DNA of 63,102 bases, filler included, from a bacterium (lineage in GTDB: Bacteria; JALSQH01): the NCBI GenBank assembly GCA_027004335.1. It is 13 parts of 13 records of this genome, joined end to end, with 100 filler letters (N's around TTAATTAATTAA, not from the genome) between each part and the next. Parts side by side here need not be neighbours in the genome. Positions count along the whole stretch, not along the records: positions 40,153 to 42,400 come from JALTID010000222.1; positions 42,501 to 49,337 come from JALTID010000223.1; positions 49,438 to 56,234 come from JALTID010000225.1; 10 more parts are not named here. The stretch is one strand, 5' to 3'. The notes under the pieces are model-generated. The model did no database searches. It was not told where the DNA came from and was given only the letters and a program-made list of their open reading frames with translations. This document shows positions 40,153 through 50,561 of the stretch, piece by piece. Every line of letters starts with the position of its first letter. The stretch's first letter is position 1. Both the position numbers and the translations under genes were made by a program.

Positions 40153-41462
40153 ACCCAAGAAAATTTACTAAACTCGGTGGCAAAATTCCTAAGGGTGTCC
40201 TTTTAATAGGGCCGCCTGGAACAGGAAAAACTCTCTTAGCAAAAGCAATAGCTGGAGAAGCAGGAGTTCCTTTTTTCTCAATAAGTGGTAGCGACTTCGT
40301 TGAAATGTTTGTTGGTGTTGGTGCGTCAAGAGTTAGAGACCTATTTGAGCAGGCAAAGAGACACTCCCCATCCATAATTTTCATTGATGAAATTGATGCT
40401 GTTGGGAGACAGAGAGGGGCGGGTCTCGGTGGCGGCCATGACGAAAGGGAACAAACACTGAATCAATTACTGGTGGAGATGGATGGGTTTGATGCAAATG
40501 AGGAGGTTATTGTAATTGCTGCCACCAACAGACCTGATGTGCTTGACCCAGCTCTTCTCAGGCCTGGTAGATTCGACAGGAGAATTGTAATACCAAGGCC
40601 AGATGTAAAAGGAAGAGAGGAAATCCTGCAGGTTCATACAAGGAACAAGCCGTTAGGAGAAGATGTTAGTCTGGGATTAATTGCGAAATCAACCCCTGGA
40701 TTTTCTGGAGCTGACCTTGCTAACCTTGTCAATGAAGCGGCACTTATCGCTGCGAGGAAGGATAAGAATAAAATTGAAATGGAAGATTTTGAAGAGGCCA
40801 AAGACAAAGTTCTCATGGGAGTAGAAAGGAAGAGTCTGGTTATCAGTGAAGAGGAAAAGAGGAACACGGCTTACCATGAATCTGGCCATGCTCTGGTAGC
40901 AAAACTAACTCCCGGGGCAGATCCAGTTCATAAAGTGACAATCATACCAAGGGGAATGGCTCTTGGTGTTACGCAGCAACTTCCTATGGATGATAGGTAC
41001 ACTTATACCAAGGAATACCTTATGGCAAATATAGCTGTTCTACTTGGGGGAAGAGCTGCAGAGGAGATTGTTTTAGGGCATATCACCACAGGGGCAGGTA
41101 ATGACATTAACAGAGCCACGGAAATTGCCCGAAAAATGGTTTGCGAATGGGGAATGAGTGAAAAAATAGGTCCTCTATCTTTTGGAGAAGAAAATGAAGC
41201 GGTTTTCTTAGGGAGGGATCTGATAACAAAAGCAAAATACTCAGAGGAAACTGCGAGACTCATAGATGAAGAGACAAAGAGAATAGTTGGCACCGCTTAC
41301 ACCTATTCAAAGAATCTCTTGAAAGCCAATTTAGATGCATTACATGCCATCGCACAAAATCTGCTGGAAAAGGAAGTAATCTCAGGAGATGAAATAGACA
41401 GAATTTTATCCAGCTACAACATAATGAAAGGCAATATTGAAGAGCTCGCTGCTGCAATATGA
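40153..41462 (+). CDS. ftsH: ATP-dependent zinc metalloprotease FtsH (5' truncated)
   Basis: [38 protein letters not shown]. Confidence 0.98.
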
Positions 41463-42400
41463 TGTATCCTGTAAAATTCTTGACCAGGGATGAAGCAGAA
41501 GAGATATTAAAAAAAATCAAAGTCTACCCCAGAGTTGTAGAGTATTTTTCAAATAAACTTGATCTCATACCCATTTACATTTCCTCCCTTACTTTTGTCC
41601 AGGCAAATATAATAAAACAGGAAGCTATCTCTGTGGACATTGATGCAGCGATTCCCCATGGAATGATAGATGCCACAACAAAAAGAGGGGACATTCTCCT
41701 AATCGGTGATAGGCACAGGTTAAGAAAACTCGTTCCCAAACTTAAATGCCAGCCATACGGATTAAAAAAAATTGGTAAAGAAATTGAAAAAATAGTTGAA
41801 ACTTTTCCAGCAAAAAGTTTTAAAATTAGAAAAAGGGAAAAAATATTTGATTGCAGGGGACCCGTGATAATGGGAATTTTAAATGTTACTCCTGATTCAT
41901 TTTCTGATGGAGGAAGGTACAGTTCTGTTGAAAAGGCCATTGCAAAAGCAGAAAAAATGATAGAGGAAGGTGCTGACATCATTGATGTAGGAGGAGAATC
42001 AACGAGACCTGGAGCGGAGCCAGTAACCATAAAAGAAGAGATAAAAAGAGTTGTACCTGTCATAAAAGAGATAAGAAAAAGATGGGAAATACCCATATCC
42101 ATAGACACATCTAAACCTGAAGTTGCAAAAATTACAGTTGAAGAAGGCGCTGATATAATCAACGAGATAACTGCTGCAAAAGATCCTGAGATGGAAAATT
42201 TCATAATTGAGAATAAAATACCCATCGTTCTGATGCACATGCTTGGAGAACCCCGAACCATGCAGAAAAATCCAGAGTATAAGGATCTAATCGGGGAAAT
42301 ATATCAGTTTTTAGAAGAAAGAGTTAATTTCTTTCTTAGAAACGGAATGGAAAAGGAAACAATTGCTATTGATCCCGGTATTGGATTCGGGAAAACTGTA
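41459..42400 (+). CDS. folP: Dihydropteroate synthase with a ~130-aa N-terminal extension (3' truncated)
   Basis: [37 protein letters not shown]. Confidence 0.95.
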
Positions 42401-42500
42401 NNNNNNNNNNNNNNNNNNNNNNNNNNNNNNNNNNNNNNNNNNNNTTAATTAATTAANNNNNNNNNNNNNNNNNNNNNNNNNNNNNNNNNNNNNNNNNNNN

Positions 42501-43531
42501 CTCACAAAGTGTCTTAGTCCAGCTTTAAGTTTCAGATCCTGATCAATTTTTGCTTTGATCTTCGGTCTGAATATTCTTTTATGTCCCATCATTTTCAACA
42601 GGGCTGGTCTCACATGCTGCTCAAACATAACAGCTGTGGAAACAGGATTCCCCGGGAGACAGAAGATAAGAGTATCGTTTTTGGTCGCGAATAGGAGGGG
42701 TAGCCCTGGCCTCTCCTTCACCTTCCAGAAATGCATCTCCACCCCCAACTCTTCTAGAGCATCTTTTAAGAGATCAAGGTCTCCCATGGAAATAGCACCA
42801 GAGGTGATAGCCACATCAAAATCTAAGGCTGTCTGTAATCTTTCCAGTAGATCCTCTTTTGTATCTTTTGCTATTCCCAGGAAGAATGGAACCGCTCCAG
42901 CTACTTTTACCTGAGAATACAGCGTGTATCCGTTAGAGTTTCTTATCTGAAAGGGGGTTCTTTTTTCATCTACATCTACGATCTCATTACCTGTGGCTAA
43001 AATCCCCACTGTTGCCCTTCTGTAAACTTTTATCTGACTTTTCCCCACTGAGGCTAACTGCCCGATCTCGTATGGTCTTAAGTACTTACCTTTTTTAATA
43101 ACCAATTCCCCCTCTTTTACATCTTCACCTTTTTCCCTGATATTTTTCCCCTCGGGGATAACTCTTTTGAGAATGATGTAATCTCCATCAACCTCAACAT
43201 CTTCCACCATAATTATTCTGTCTGTGCCTGGAGGTACAGGAGCTCCTGTCATTATTTTAACTGCGATTTCTTCATTTAACTCTATTGATTTTTCCTCACC
43301 CGCTGCTACCATATCTACAACTTTTCTTCTATCTCCTATGTTATAATCTCCCTTTATTGCATACCCATCAACTCCTGGATTGTCCCAGGGTGGAAGGGTA
43401 ATATCTGAAAAAACATCCTCAGCAATGATTCTTCCCACCCCCTCCTGAATGGGAAGTTTCTCCCACGAAAGGGTATTTGTGTGCTCTAGTTCAATTTTTC
43501 TTGCTTCTTCAAATGGGACAAGGATTTTCAT
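42501..43531 (-). CDS. moeA: Molybdopterin molybdotransferase (3' truncated)
   Basis: DGYA, IMTGAPVP, GEDV, TGNE, NSN, LPGNPVS. Confidence 0.94.
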
Positions 43532-43639
43532 AGTTACCTTCCTTTTATCTTTGAGTAGTTATAATACACCATCACGACAAAAATTTCCACTTGAATAAAT
43601 TCCACAATATGGTATAATTTTATTCAAAGAGGAGCTTAG

Positions 43640-44467
43640 ATGCACCCAGTTCTTATTAAGATTGGGCCGGTTGTTATTCATACCTATGGTGTAATGGTTG
43701 CTCTGGGTTTTATAATGGGTATGTGGTACTCTGCCAGAGAGGCGGAGAGGCTGGGCCTTGAGGTAAATAGGATCCTTGATCTTGCCTTCTGGGTACTAAT
43801 TGGTGGTCTTGTTGGGGCAAGATTACTTTTCATTATAACTCTCTGGAAGGATTTCATGCGTTATCCTATCCAGATGCTGGAAATCTGGAAGGGTGGTCTT
43901 GTGTGGTATGGAGGGGTAATTGGTGGTGTTCTTGTTGCCTACTGGTATATAAAAAGATATAAATTACCCATGTGGACAGTGCTGGATATAATCGCAACCG
44001 GTGCTTTTCTGGGACTTGCTTTTGGTAGATTTGGATGCACTTCTGCTGGATGCTGTCATGGTAAGGTTATAACATGGGCTAATCCTCAGCATCCACCATG
44101 GTGGTCTCTCGTTTTTACTGATGATAGAAGTCTTGTTCCCATCTCCATGAGAGGCAAGCCTCTCTATCCCACCCAGCCTCTGAGCTCTCTTTGTGCATTT
44201 TGTTTATTTACTTTTCTTATTATATGGAGGAAATACAAAAAATTTGATGGCCAACTTGTTGCCTTCAGTTTGATAATTTATTCAGTTTACAGATTCCTGA
44301 TTGAATTTTTAAGAGGGGATACAATCAGAGGATTTGTTATTCCAGGAGTTCTTTCCACTTCACAGTTCATAGGAATCTTCACTTTTGTATTTGGAATATG
44401 GCTTTACTGGTATTTAAACGAAAAGGAAAAAGTGAGAAGTGGGGTTGTGGTAAATGGGAGAATATAG
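43640..44467 (+). CDS. lgt: Prolipoprotein diacylglyceryl transferase
   Basis: YG, GARL, W.GGL..YGG, GR.GC..AGCC.G, PTQ, RF..EF.RGD; upstream TTGAAT-N16-TATAAT and GAGGAG. Confidence 0.95.
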   Translation: MHPVLIKIGPVVIHTYGVMVALGFIMGMWYSAREAERLGLEVNRILDLAFWVLIGGLVGARLLFIITLWKDFMRYPIQMLEIWKGGLVWYGGVIGGVLVAYWYIKRYKLPMWTVLDIIATGAFLGLAFGRFGCTSAGCCHGKVITWANPQHPPWWSLVFTDDRSLVPISMRGKPLYPTQPLSSLCAFCLFTFLIIWRKYKKFDGQLVAFSLIIYSVYRFLIEFLRGDTIRGFVIPGVLSTSQFIGIFTFVFGIWLYWYLNEKEKVRSGVVVNGRI

Positions 44468-44723
44468 CGAAAAGAGCAAGTACCATGTGATAAATAAGCT
44501 CTGGCTTGATGGAATGAATGTATGGCACACCTATATTCAGGGTAAGGAGGAGATCCTTGGTAAGTTGAACGAGGTTCCCATCCCATTTGAAGAAGGTGCC
44601 GAGTGGGAGAGTTTTGAGGGTTTCAAATTCAGAATAGCGGATCACAGGATAATTAAGATCTATGACCCTCTTGAAGAGGGGGATCTTGATGAGGAGGAAT
44701 TGCTCAGCCGCTGGAAGAAGTGA
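44454..44723 (+). CDS. Hypothetical 89-aa protein
   Basis: Overlaps the lgt stop; composition looks coding; no family recognised. Confidence 0.6.
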   Translation: MGEYSEKSKYHVINKLWLDGMNVWHTYIQGKEEILGKLNEVPIPFEEGAEWESFEGFKFRIADHRIIKIYDPLEEGDLDEEELLSRWKK

Positions 44724-45970
44724 GATTTTTTCATTAGCAAAAAAGCTGCACAAATCATCATCATACTTTCTATAAAGTCGTAAGAATTGGTACTTCCAGA
44801 GGTACATCCCCATGTATAGATTTCTTCTTCCGGTGGCTTTTCTCCGATGTAGAAATTATCGATTATATCTCCGTTTATAGCGATTGCTTTAATGTGAATA
44901 TATTTCTTTTTTACCTTAACCAGAACAAAATGGAAATGTTTTAACGACGAGTTGGTGTCCAGTACCTGGCTATAGGGATTAAGTTTTTTGAAACCAATAA
45001 TTGATGGTGGAGCACCTCCCCCACCGGTTGTGATAAAATAAACACCGTCTTTGTAACTCCTTTCATACAGATGCTCGTGACCGTTAAACACAATTGTTAC
45101 ATGGTACTTAATTGCCAGTGGTGCCAGGATCCTCCCTGCCATATCCTCATATTCATCTCCCCGCATTTTATGAAAGGGACCCGATGTAAATGGAGGCCTG
45201 TGGTAGAACATGAATTTGTATTTTGCCTTCTTTTTATCTGCATTTGATAGTTCTTTTACCATCCAGTGATACTGAAGACTGTCAAGGGTAAATGGTTTTT
45301 CTGTGGAGGCAACCATGAAAAAAACTTTATCTACCCAGAATGAGTAGTATGACCCAGTTTCTGTTACTTCTGGAGGAAAATAGAAGAGATCCGAGAGCGT
45401 GATATTCTCCTCCCCCACATCGTGATTCCCCTCCACAGGGTAGAAAAAGTGTGAAGAAAGCAAGGGAGATTCGATCGTGAAAAACTTATCCCACTGCCTC
45501 AAATAGTCTTTTTCGTCCATATCTCCTGTGTTAAAGTAAAAATTGAATTTGTATTTTTCCATTAAATTAACCACTTCTCTATGGTAGTAATCACCACTTC
45601 TTGTGTCTCCCATTACTGCAAAAGAGAATTCACCCCCTTCTGGAGGAGTTCTGAATGAGAATGTTTTTCTGCTTCCTGCTATTTTGTAAAAAAATTTTGA
45701 ATCGGTGGGCAGCATTTTGAATAGTGAGCAATATCTGTATCTTCCCGGAACAATTGTGCTTTCCTCTTTCAGGGAGGGAAAATAGAAAGCGTTGAATTCA
45801 TCCCACAGGGTAACAGAAAGATTGTCTAATTTTTCGTTACTCTGCCAGCAGATCGCAGCTGTGCTTGCCGGTGAAGGAGATATTAAGTAAGGGCCAATTA
45901 TAACATCTGAAAAAAGGAATTTACCTTCTATTAGAAGAAGGAGTATAAAAAGAAGACTGGAAAATTTCAC
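44660..45970 (-). CDS. Secreted metallophosphoesterase (PAP-like FN3 + calcineurin-like), paralog 2
   Basis: Signal peptide; GDTR, TGDM, GNHD, HRPP, GHEH; C-terminal GC + hydrophobic + KK. Confidence 0.88.
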   Translation of the reverse strand: MKFSSLLFILLLLIEGKFLFSDVIIGPYLISPSPASTAAICWQSNEKLDNLSVTLWDEFNAFYFPSLKEESTIVPGRYRYCSLFKMLPTDSKFFYKIAGSRKTFSFRTPPEGGEFSFAVMGDTRSGDYYHREVVNLMEKYKFNFYFNTGDMDEKDYLRQWDKFFTIESPLLSSHFFYPVEGNHDVGEENITLSDLFYFPPEVTETGSYYSFWVDKVFFMVASTEKPFTLDSLQYHWMVKELSNADKKKAKYKFMFYHRPPFTSGPFHKMRGDEYEDMAGRILAPLAIKYHVTIVFNGHEHLYERSYKDGVYFITTGGGGAPPSIIGFKKLNPYSQVLDTNSSLKHFHFVLVKVKKKYIHIKAIAINGDIIDNFYIGEKPPEEEIYTWGCTSGSTNSYDFIESMMMICAAFLLMKKSHFFQRLSNSSSSRSPSSRGS

Positions 45971-47292
45971 CTGCGCTCTGATTTTTTTAATCTAAAAGTA
46001 AAGTAGATTGCTCCAACGAATATCAGGAGAATAACTCCTTCCGTTGTTGAGCCTCCGCTTTCCCTGCAACTGCAGCCGGTGGATTTTTCTTTCTGCCCGG
46101 TTGCTGATTTTTTCCCTATTACCAGATCATCTATCACCTCATTATGCATGGTAATTGCTTTCAACTCCACATAGGTTGTTCCTACATCAACAAGAACAAA
46201 ATGGAAATGTTCTAGATCAGCATTGGGCTCGCAGTACTGACTGTAGGGGTCAATTCCCTTTTCGCATATAAATGCAGGAGTGGCACCTCCCCCACCTGTT
46301 GTTATAAAATAAACACCATCTTTGTAGTTTCTCTCGTAGAGGTGTTCATGACCGTTGAAAACAACAGTGACTCCATATGTTATTGCCAGTGGTGCTAAGA
46401 TACTTGCTGCTGCTTCCTCACCTTGATCCTCTGTTACGCCGTGAGGACCTGAGCTGAAAGGTGGTCTGTGGTGAAACATGAATTTGTGAATAGCACCCCT
46501 TTTCTCTGCATTTTTCAATTGATTTTCAAGCCAGTGATACTGGGGAGAATCAGAGGTAAAAGGTTTCTCTGTAGAGGCAATCAAAAAGAAATTCTTACCA
46601 ACCCAGAAGGAATAGTAAGAACCAGTAGGTGTTACCTCTTCAGGATAGTAGAAAATTTTGCTGTAGGGGATACCTTCACCACTAACATCATGATTCCCCT
46701 CAACGGGAAAGAAGAAATGAGAAGATAAGAGAGGTTGTTCTATTTCAAAAAAAGGATCCCACTCATCAAGGTCATCTTTCCACACAAGATCTCCTGTATT
46801 AAAGTAGAATGAGAATTTGTATTTTTCCATAACTGCGATAACTGCTCTGTGGTAATCATCTCCTGATCTTGTGTCCCCAATTACAGCGAATTTGAAATGT
46901 TCGGTGCTGCTAAGAGTCTGAAAACTGAAAATGGATGAGGTTCCCGGTATAGAATAAAAATATGTTATTGCAGGAGAGAGGTTTTTAAAACTGGCACAGT
47001 AACGGTATCTTCCATCATAAACCGTTGCCCATGTTGCAGGTTCTGACATATTTAACTCTGAGGGAGATGTTCCCATTTTAACCGTGGGATTTTCTGGCTG
47101 AGCATTGGTATGCCAGCAGATAGTTGCACTATCCTGCAGATCAAAAGACTGAATAAAGGGTCCATATATCTTGGCTTGCAGGAGTACTGGAAAAAAGAAA
47201 AAAGCGAGAACTGTCAGGATTGCTGGCCCGGAGGCAAAATCGCCTCTTTGTGTATTGTAATTTCTCCTTTTTCCTGTAAGTATCTTAGCCAT
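45967..47292 (-). CDS. Secreted metallophosphoesterase (PAP-like), paralog 1, with a MYXO-CTERM-like tail
   Basis: GGAGG SD before ATG 47292; GDTR, TGDL, GNHD, HRPP, GHEH; tail GCSC...TM...RLKK. Confidence 0.88.
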   Translation of the reverse strand: MAKILTGKRRNYNTQRGDFASGPAILTVLAFFFFPVLLQAKIYGPFIQSFDLQDSATICWHTNAQPENPTVKMGTSPSELNMSEPATWATVYDGRYRYCASFKNLSPAITYFYSIPGTSSIFSFQTLSSTEHFKFAVIGDTRSGDDYHRAVIAVMEKYKFSFYFNTGDLVWKDDLDEWDPFFEIEQPLLSSHFFFPVEGNHDVSGEGIPYSKIFYYPEEVTPTGSYYSFWVGKNFFLIASTEKPFTSDSPQYHWLENQLKNAEKRGAIHKFMFHHRPPFSSGPHGVTEDQGEEAAASILAPLAITYGVTVVFNGHEHLYERNYKDGVYFITTGGGGATPAFICEKGIDPYSQYCEPNADLEHFHFVLVDVGTTYVELKAITMHNEVIDDLVIGKKSATGQKEKSTGCSCRESGGSTTEGVILLIFVGAIYFTFRLKKSERR

Positions 47293-49145
47293 TTTTCCTC
47301 CAGTTTTTCAGATACTTTTTCTCTGAATTTTTTTTCTACTCTATCTTTGTTTTTTCTAAAATCTTTTGCATTTACTTTCTTATGCTCTTTCAGTGCTATT
47401 ACAAAGAAATTATTTTCTACCGTGAAAACCTTTTTGGGAAACGGGTTTTTTTCTGAAAGTCTGAAGGCAGACTGCCATAGCTCCAGATTTTTCCCGATGC
47501 CAGGAATGGAAGGTGATGATGGGGTAAATTCACCAGTTTCTTCAACCTTAAGATGCATTCTTTTAGCAGCCTTTTTTATGTTATTATATTTTTCCATGAG
47601 GGAAAGAAATCTTGAAGCTTCTGCTGCTGCCTTTAATTTTGCCTTGTTCATTTTAAGCTTTTCTGTGATCTTATCTTTAACTTCTGGAAATGTTTGCTGA
47701 TAAGGAGGTTTTTCACCGTTAACTTTTACGATATAGGCCCCTGAGAATGTGTCAAACTTAAACGGTTTTGAAATATCTTTCTGGGCAAATACTTTATCTC
47801 TAAAAAAAGTCGGATCAGGTACATTTTTGGGAACAATATGCTCTTTATCGAAATAATTTGTTTCTTTGACCTTAGCACCGAATCTTGCTGCAAGGGATTT
47901 TAAGTCTCCAGTTTTTTTAGTTTCTTTAAAAGCATCACTTATTTCTTTTTTCTTTTTCTCCAGTATCTTCTGTGAAAGTTCAAATTTTATTCTTGTCTTT
48001 ACTTCACTGAGAGGAGAAATTCCTTCTCCTCTCTTCCCTTCCACCTTTATTATGTGAAATCCAAATTGACTTCTCACAGGACCTGTAATTTCACCTGAAG
48101 CAGTATTGAATGCTGCATCTTCAAAAGATCTTACCATCTCTCCTCTTCCAAACCAGCCGAGTTCTCCCCCTCGGGAGGCTGAAGGGCCCTCAGAGTACTT
48201 TTTGGCTAATTTTGCGAAATTAAAACCTTTTTTAGCAAGGGCAAGTATCTTAAGTGCTTTTTTCTTAGCCTTTTCAACTTCTTCCGTTGAGGCATTGGGG
48301 GAGACTTTTATAAGGATGTGCCTTGCTTTAACCTCTTCCCCGTGCTGAAATTCATCCTGGTGCTGGTTATAGTAATCTTTTATCATCTTCTCAGTTATTT
48401 CGTTTTGACCTGGTATAAGTGGGATATAGACATATTCTGTTTTCCTGAGTTCTCCTGTTTTAAATTCATCTTTGTGCTGAGTGTAATAATTTTCTGCTTC
48501 CCTTAACGATACCCTCTCCCGAGGAATGAATTGCTGAGGTGTGAACTTAACATAATATAGATTAATTTTTTCATTTTCAGCATAGTAGAGTTCAAATAAT
48601 TCTTCATTTTCAATAAACCATGTGTTCTGAACTAAATTGTCAAATCGCACAGATCCCAGTTGTATTTTCTCTTCTTTTTCAAATTCTGCAGGAGTTAGAG
48701 GTGGTCTGGAATCTCTTAAAACTCTTTCATACAGTCTCTGGTTGAATCTTCCACCATACTGAAATGCTGGAATAGATGCTATCCGTTCTGCGAGGGTCTG
48801 ATCATCAACATCCATACCTAACTCTACTGCTTCTTTTGATTTTAGTAGTTGGATTATCATCCCATAAAGTATCTGCTCTCTGAAATGAATTTTTTTCATA
48901 AGAGCTTCATCAAATTTATTCCCGAATTTTTTCCTGTAAATTTCTACATATCTTGAGAGAAGAAGATTATAATCCTGAAGATAGATTTTCTCTCCGTTTA
49001 CCTCAGCTACAACTCCACTTCCCATTTTACTTGTTCTTCTGATGCCTGTTAAGATTCCGAAACCTATAAAAAATGTAAGGGCGATCAGACCTGCACCCAA
49101 TTTTACAGCAGGTGAATTCGCTCTTTTTCTTACATAGTCAAGCAT
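47214..49145 (-). CDS. ppiD: PpiD/SurA-N family peptidyl-prolyl isomerase
   Basis: N-terminal TM, VAEVNG, parvulin motifs ARHIL, F..LAK.YS, GGELG.F, FEDAAF, S.FGFHII. Confidence 0.9.
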   Translation of the reverse strand: MLDYVRKRANSPAVKLGAGLIALTFFIGFGILTGIRRTSKMGSGVVAEVNGEKIYLQDYNLLLSRYVEIYRKKFGNKFDEALMKKIHFREQILYGMIIQLLKSKEAVELGMDVDDQTLAERIASIPAFQYGGRFNQRLYERVLRDSRPPLTPAEFEKEEKIQLGSVRFDNLVQNTWFIENEELFELYYAENEKINLYYVKFTPQQFIPRERVSLREAENYYTQHKDEFKTGELRKTEYVYIPLIPGQNEITEKMIKDYYNQHQDEFQHGEEVKARHILIKVSPNASTEEVEKAKKKALKILALAKKGFNFAKLAKKYSEGPSASRGGELGWFGRGEMVRSFEDAAFNTASGEITGPVRSQFGFHIIKVEGKRGEGISPLSEVKTRIKFELSQKILEKKKKEISDAFKETKKTGDLKSLAARFGAKVKETNYFDKEHIVPKNVPDPTFFRDKVFAQKDISKPFKFDTFSGAYIVKVNGEKPPYQQTFPEVKDKITEKLKMNKAKLKAAAEASRFLSLMEKYNNIKKAAKRMHLKVEETGEFTPSSPSIPGIGKNLELWQSAFRLSEKNPFPKKVFTVENNFFVIALKEHKKVNAKDFRKNKDRVEKKFREKVSEKLEEKWLRYLQEKGEITIHKEAILPPGQQS

Positions 49146-49156
49146 AATTTACTCCT

Positions 49157-49337
49157 TTATCTTCTGAAAATTATTGCCAATGTAAGTATTAGTATAACTA
49201 TTATCAGGCTATCAGTCAAACCGATTCCTGTAACGAAAAGAGGAGCGAGTAAAGCGCCTGCAGCACCGCTTAGATGATCTATCATTTCTGCAAATGAAGC
49301 TGTTTCTCCAGTTTTCTCAGCATAGTAAAATTTTTTC
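49157..49337 (-). CDS. C-terminal fragment of a membrane protein (5' truncated)
   Basis: ...AEMIDHLSGAAGALLAPLFVTGIGL...IIFRR*, directly upstream of ppiD. Confidence 0.5.
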
Positions 49338-49437
49338 NNNNNNNNNNNNNNNNNNNNNNNNNNNNNNNNNNNNNNNNNNNNTTAATTAATTAANNNNNNN
49401 NNNNNNNNNNNNNNNNNNNNNNNNNNNNNNNNNNNNN

Positions 49438-49564
49438 TGGGGATAATGTGAATATGCGGGTTGAGTTGATAAAGCCTGTAGCGATGGAGAAGGGGTTGAG
49501 ATTTGCCATCAGGGAGGGAGGAAGGACAGTTGGAGCTGGCGTTGTTACAAACATAGTTGAATAA
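49438..49564 (+). CDS. tuf: Elongation factor Tu, 3' end
   Basis: GDNV...[27 protein letters not shown]. Confidence 0.96.
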
Positions 49565-49581
49565 TAAGAAGAGGATCAGTC

Positions 49582-49896
49582 ATGCTAAATCGCATAAGAA
49601 TAAAATTGAAAGCATTTGATTACAAACTACTGGATAAAGCTACCGCAAGGATTGTGGATGCTGCTAAAAGAGCGGGTGGTAGAATTGCCGGCCCAATCCC
49701 TCTTCCAACTGAGATAAAAAGATATACGGTATTGAGATCTCCTCATATTGATAAAAAATCCAGAGAGCAGTTTGAGGTAAGAGTTCACAAGAGAATTATA
49801 GAGTTAATTGAGCCCAGTCGGAATATAATAGATTCTATCTCTGAGGTGGAACTCCCAGCTGGAGTCAAAATTGAAGTAAAACAGATTGAGAAATAG
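49582..49896 (+). CDS. rpsJ: 30S ribosomal protein S10
   Basis: [28 protein letters not shown]. Confidence 0.98.
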   Translation: MLNRIRIKLKAFDYKLLDKATARIVDAAKRAGGRIAGPIPLPTEIKRYTVLRSPHIDKKSREQFEVRVHKRIIELIEPSRNIIDSISEVELPAGVKIEVKQIEK

Positions 49897-49913
49897 ACTT
49901 GTGGAGAATAAAG

Positions 49914-50561
49914 ATGAAAGGCATACTCGGCTTGAAAATTGGAATGACGCAGATATTTGATGATAAGGGAGATGTGATTCCGGTAACAGTGGTTCAGGCT
50001 GGGCCCTGTTATGTGATTCAGAAAAAAACGAAAGAAATAGACGATTATAATGCTATTCAAATCGGATTTTTCCCCAAAAAGATGCACAGGGTGAATAAGC
50101 CATTGAAAGGTCACATGGGGAAAGCAAAAAGGGGGATGTTTTATTATTTAAAGGAGATACCTCTTACGGATGATGAGATTAAAAACTATGAAGTGGGACA
50201 GGAAATAACTATTGATATCTTTGGAGATGATGAATTTGTGGATGTTACAGGTACTTCCAAAGGAAGAGGTTTCACTGGTGTTATAAAGAGATGGAATTTT
50301 AGCGGAGGCAGATCCACTCATGGTTCCAAGTTTCATAGGACGCATGGAAGTACAGGTATGTGTGAGCAGCCGGGAAGAATATTTAAAGGAACAAAAATGG
50401 CTGGTCATTATGGTAATGAGAAAGTTACTGTTCAGAATTTAAAAGTGGTTGGGAAAATTAAGGAGAAAAATTATCTTCTTATTAAAGGAGCAGTGCCAGG
50501 GCCCAATAAGAGCCTTGTAATAATTAAGGAATCGGTAAAGAAAGCCGGAGTTAAGAAATGA
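49914..50561 (+). CDS. rplC: 50S ribosomal protein L3
   Basis: G.K.GMTQ, PVTV, SKGRGF.G, KGAVPG. Confidence 0.98.
   Translation: MKGILGLKIGMTQIFDDKGDVIPVTVVQAGPCYVIQKKTKEIDDYNAIQIGFFPKKMHRVNKPLKGHMGKAKRGMFYYLKEIPLTDDEIKNYEVGQEITIDIFGDDEFVDVTGTSKGRGFTGVIKRWNFSGGRSTHGSKFHRTHGSTGMCEQPGRIFKGTKMAGHYGNEKVTVQNLKVVGKIKEKNYLLIKGAVPGPNKSLVIIKESVKKAGVKK

Noticed and set aside
41575..42261. Long antisense ORFs (also 627-1112, 47110-47700, 54480-55169 and others)
   Set aside because: Shadow frames of well-conserved genes; Ser/Phe/Ile-rich and without motifs
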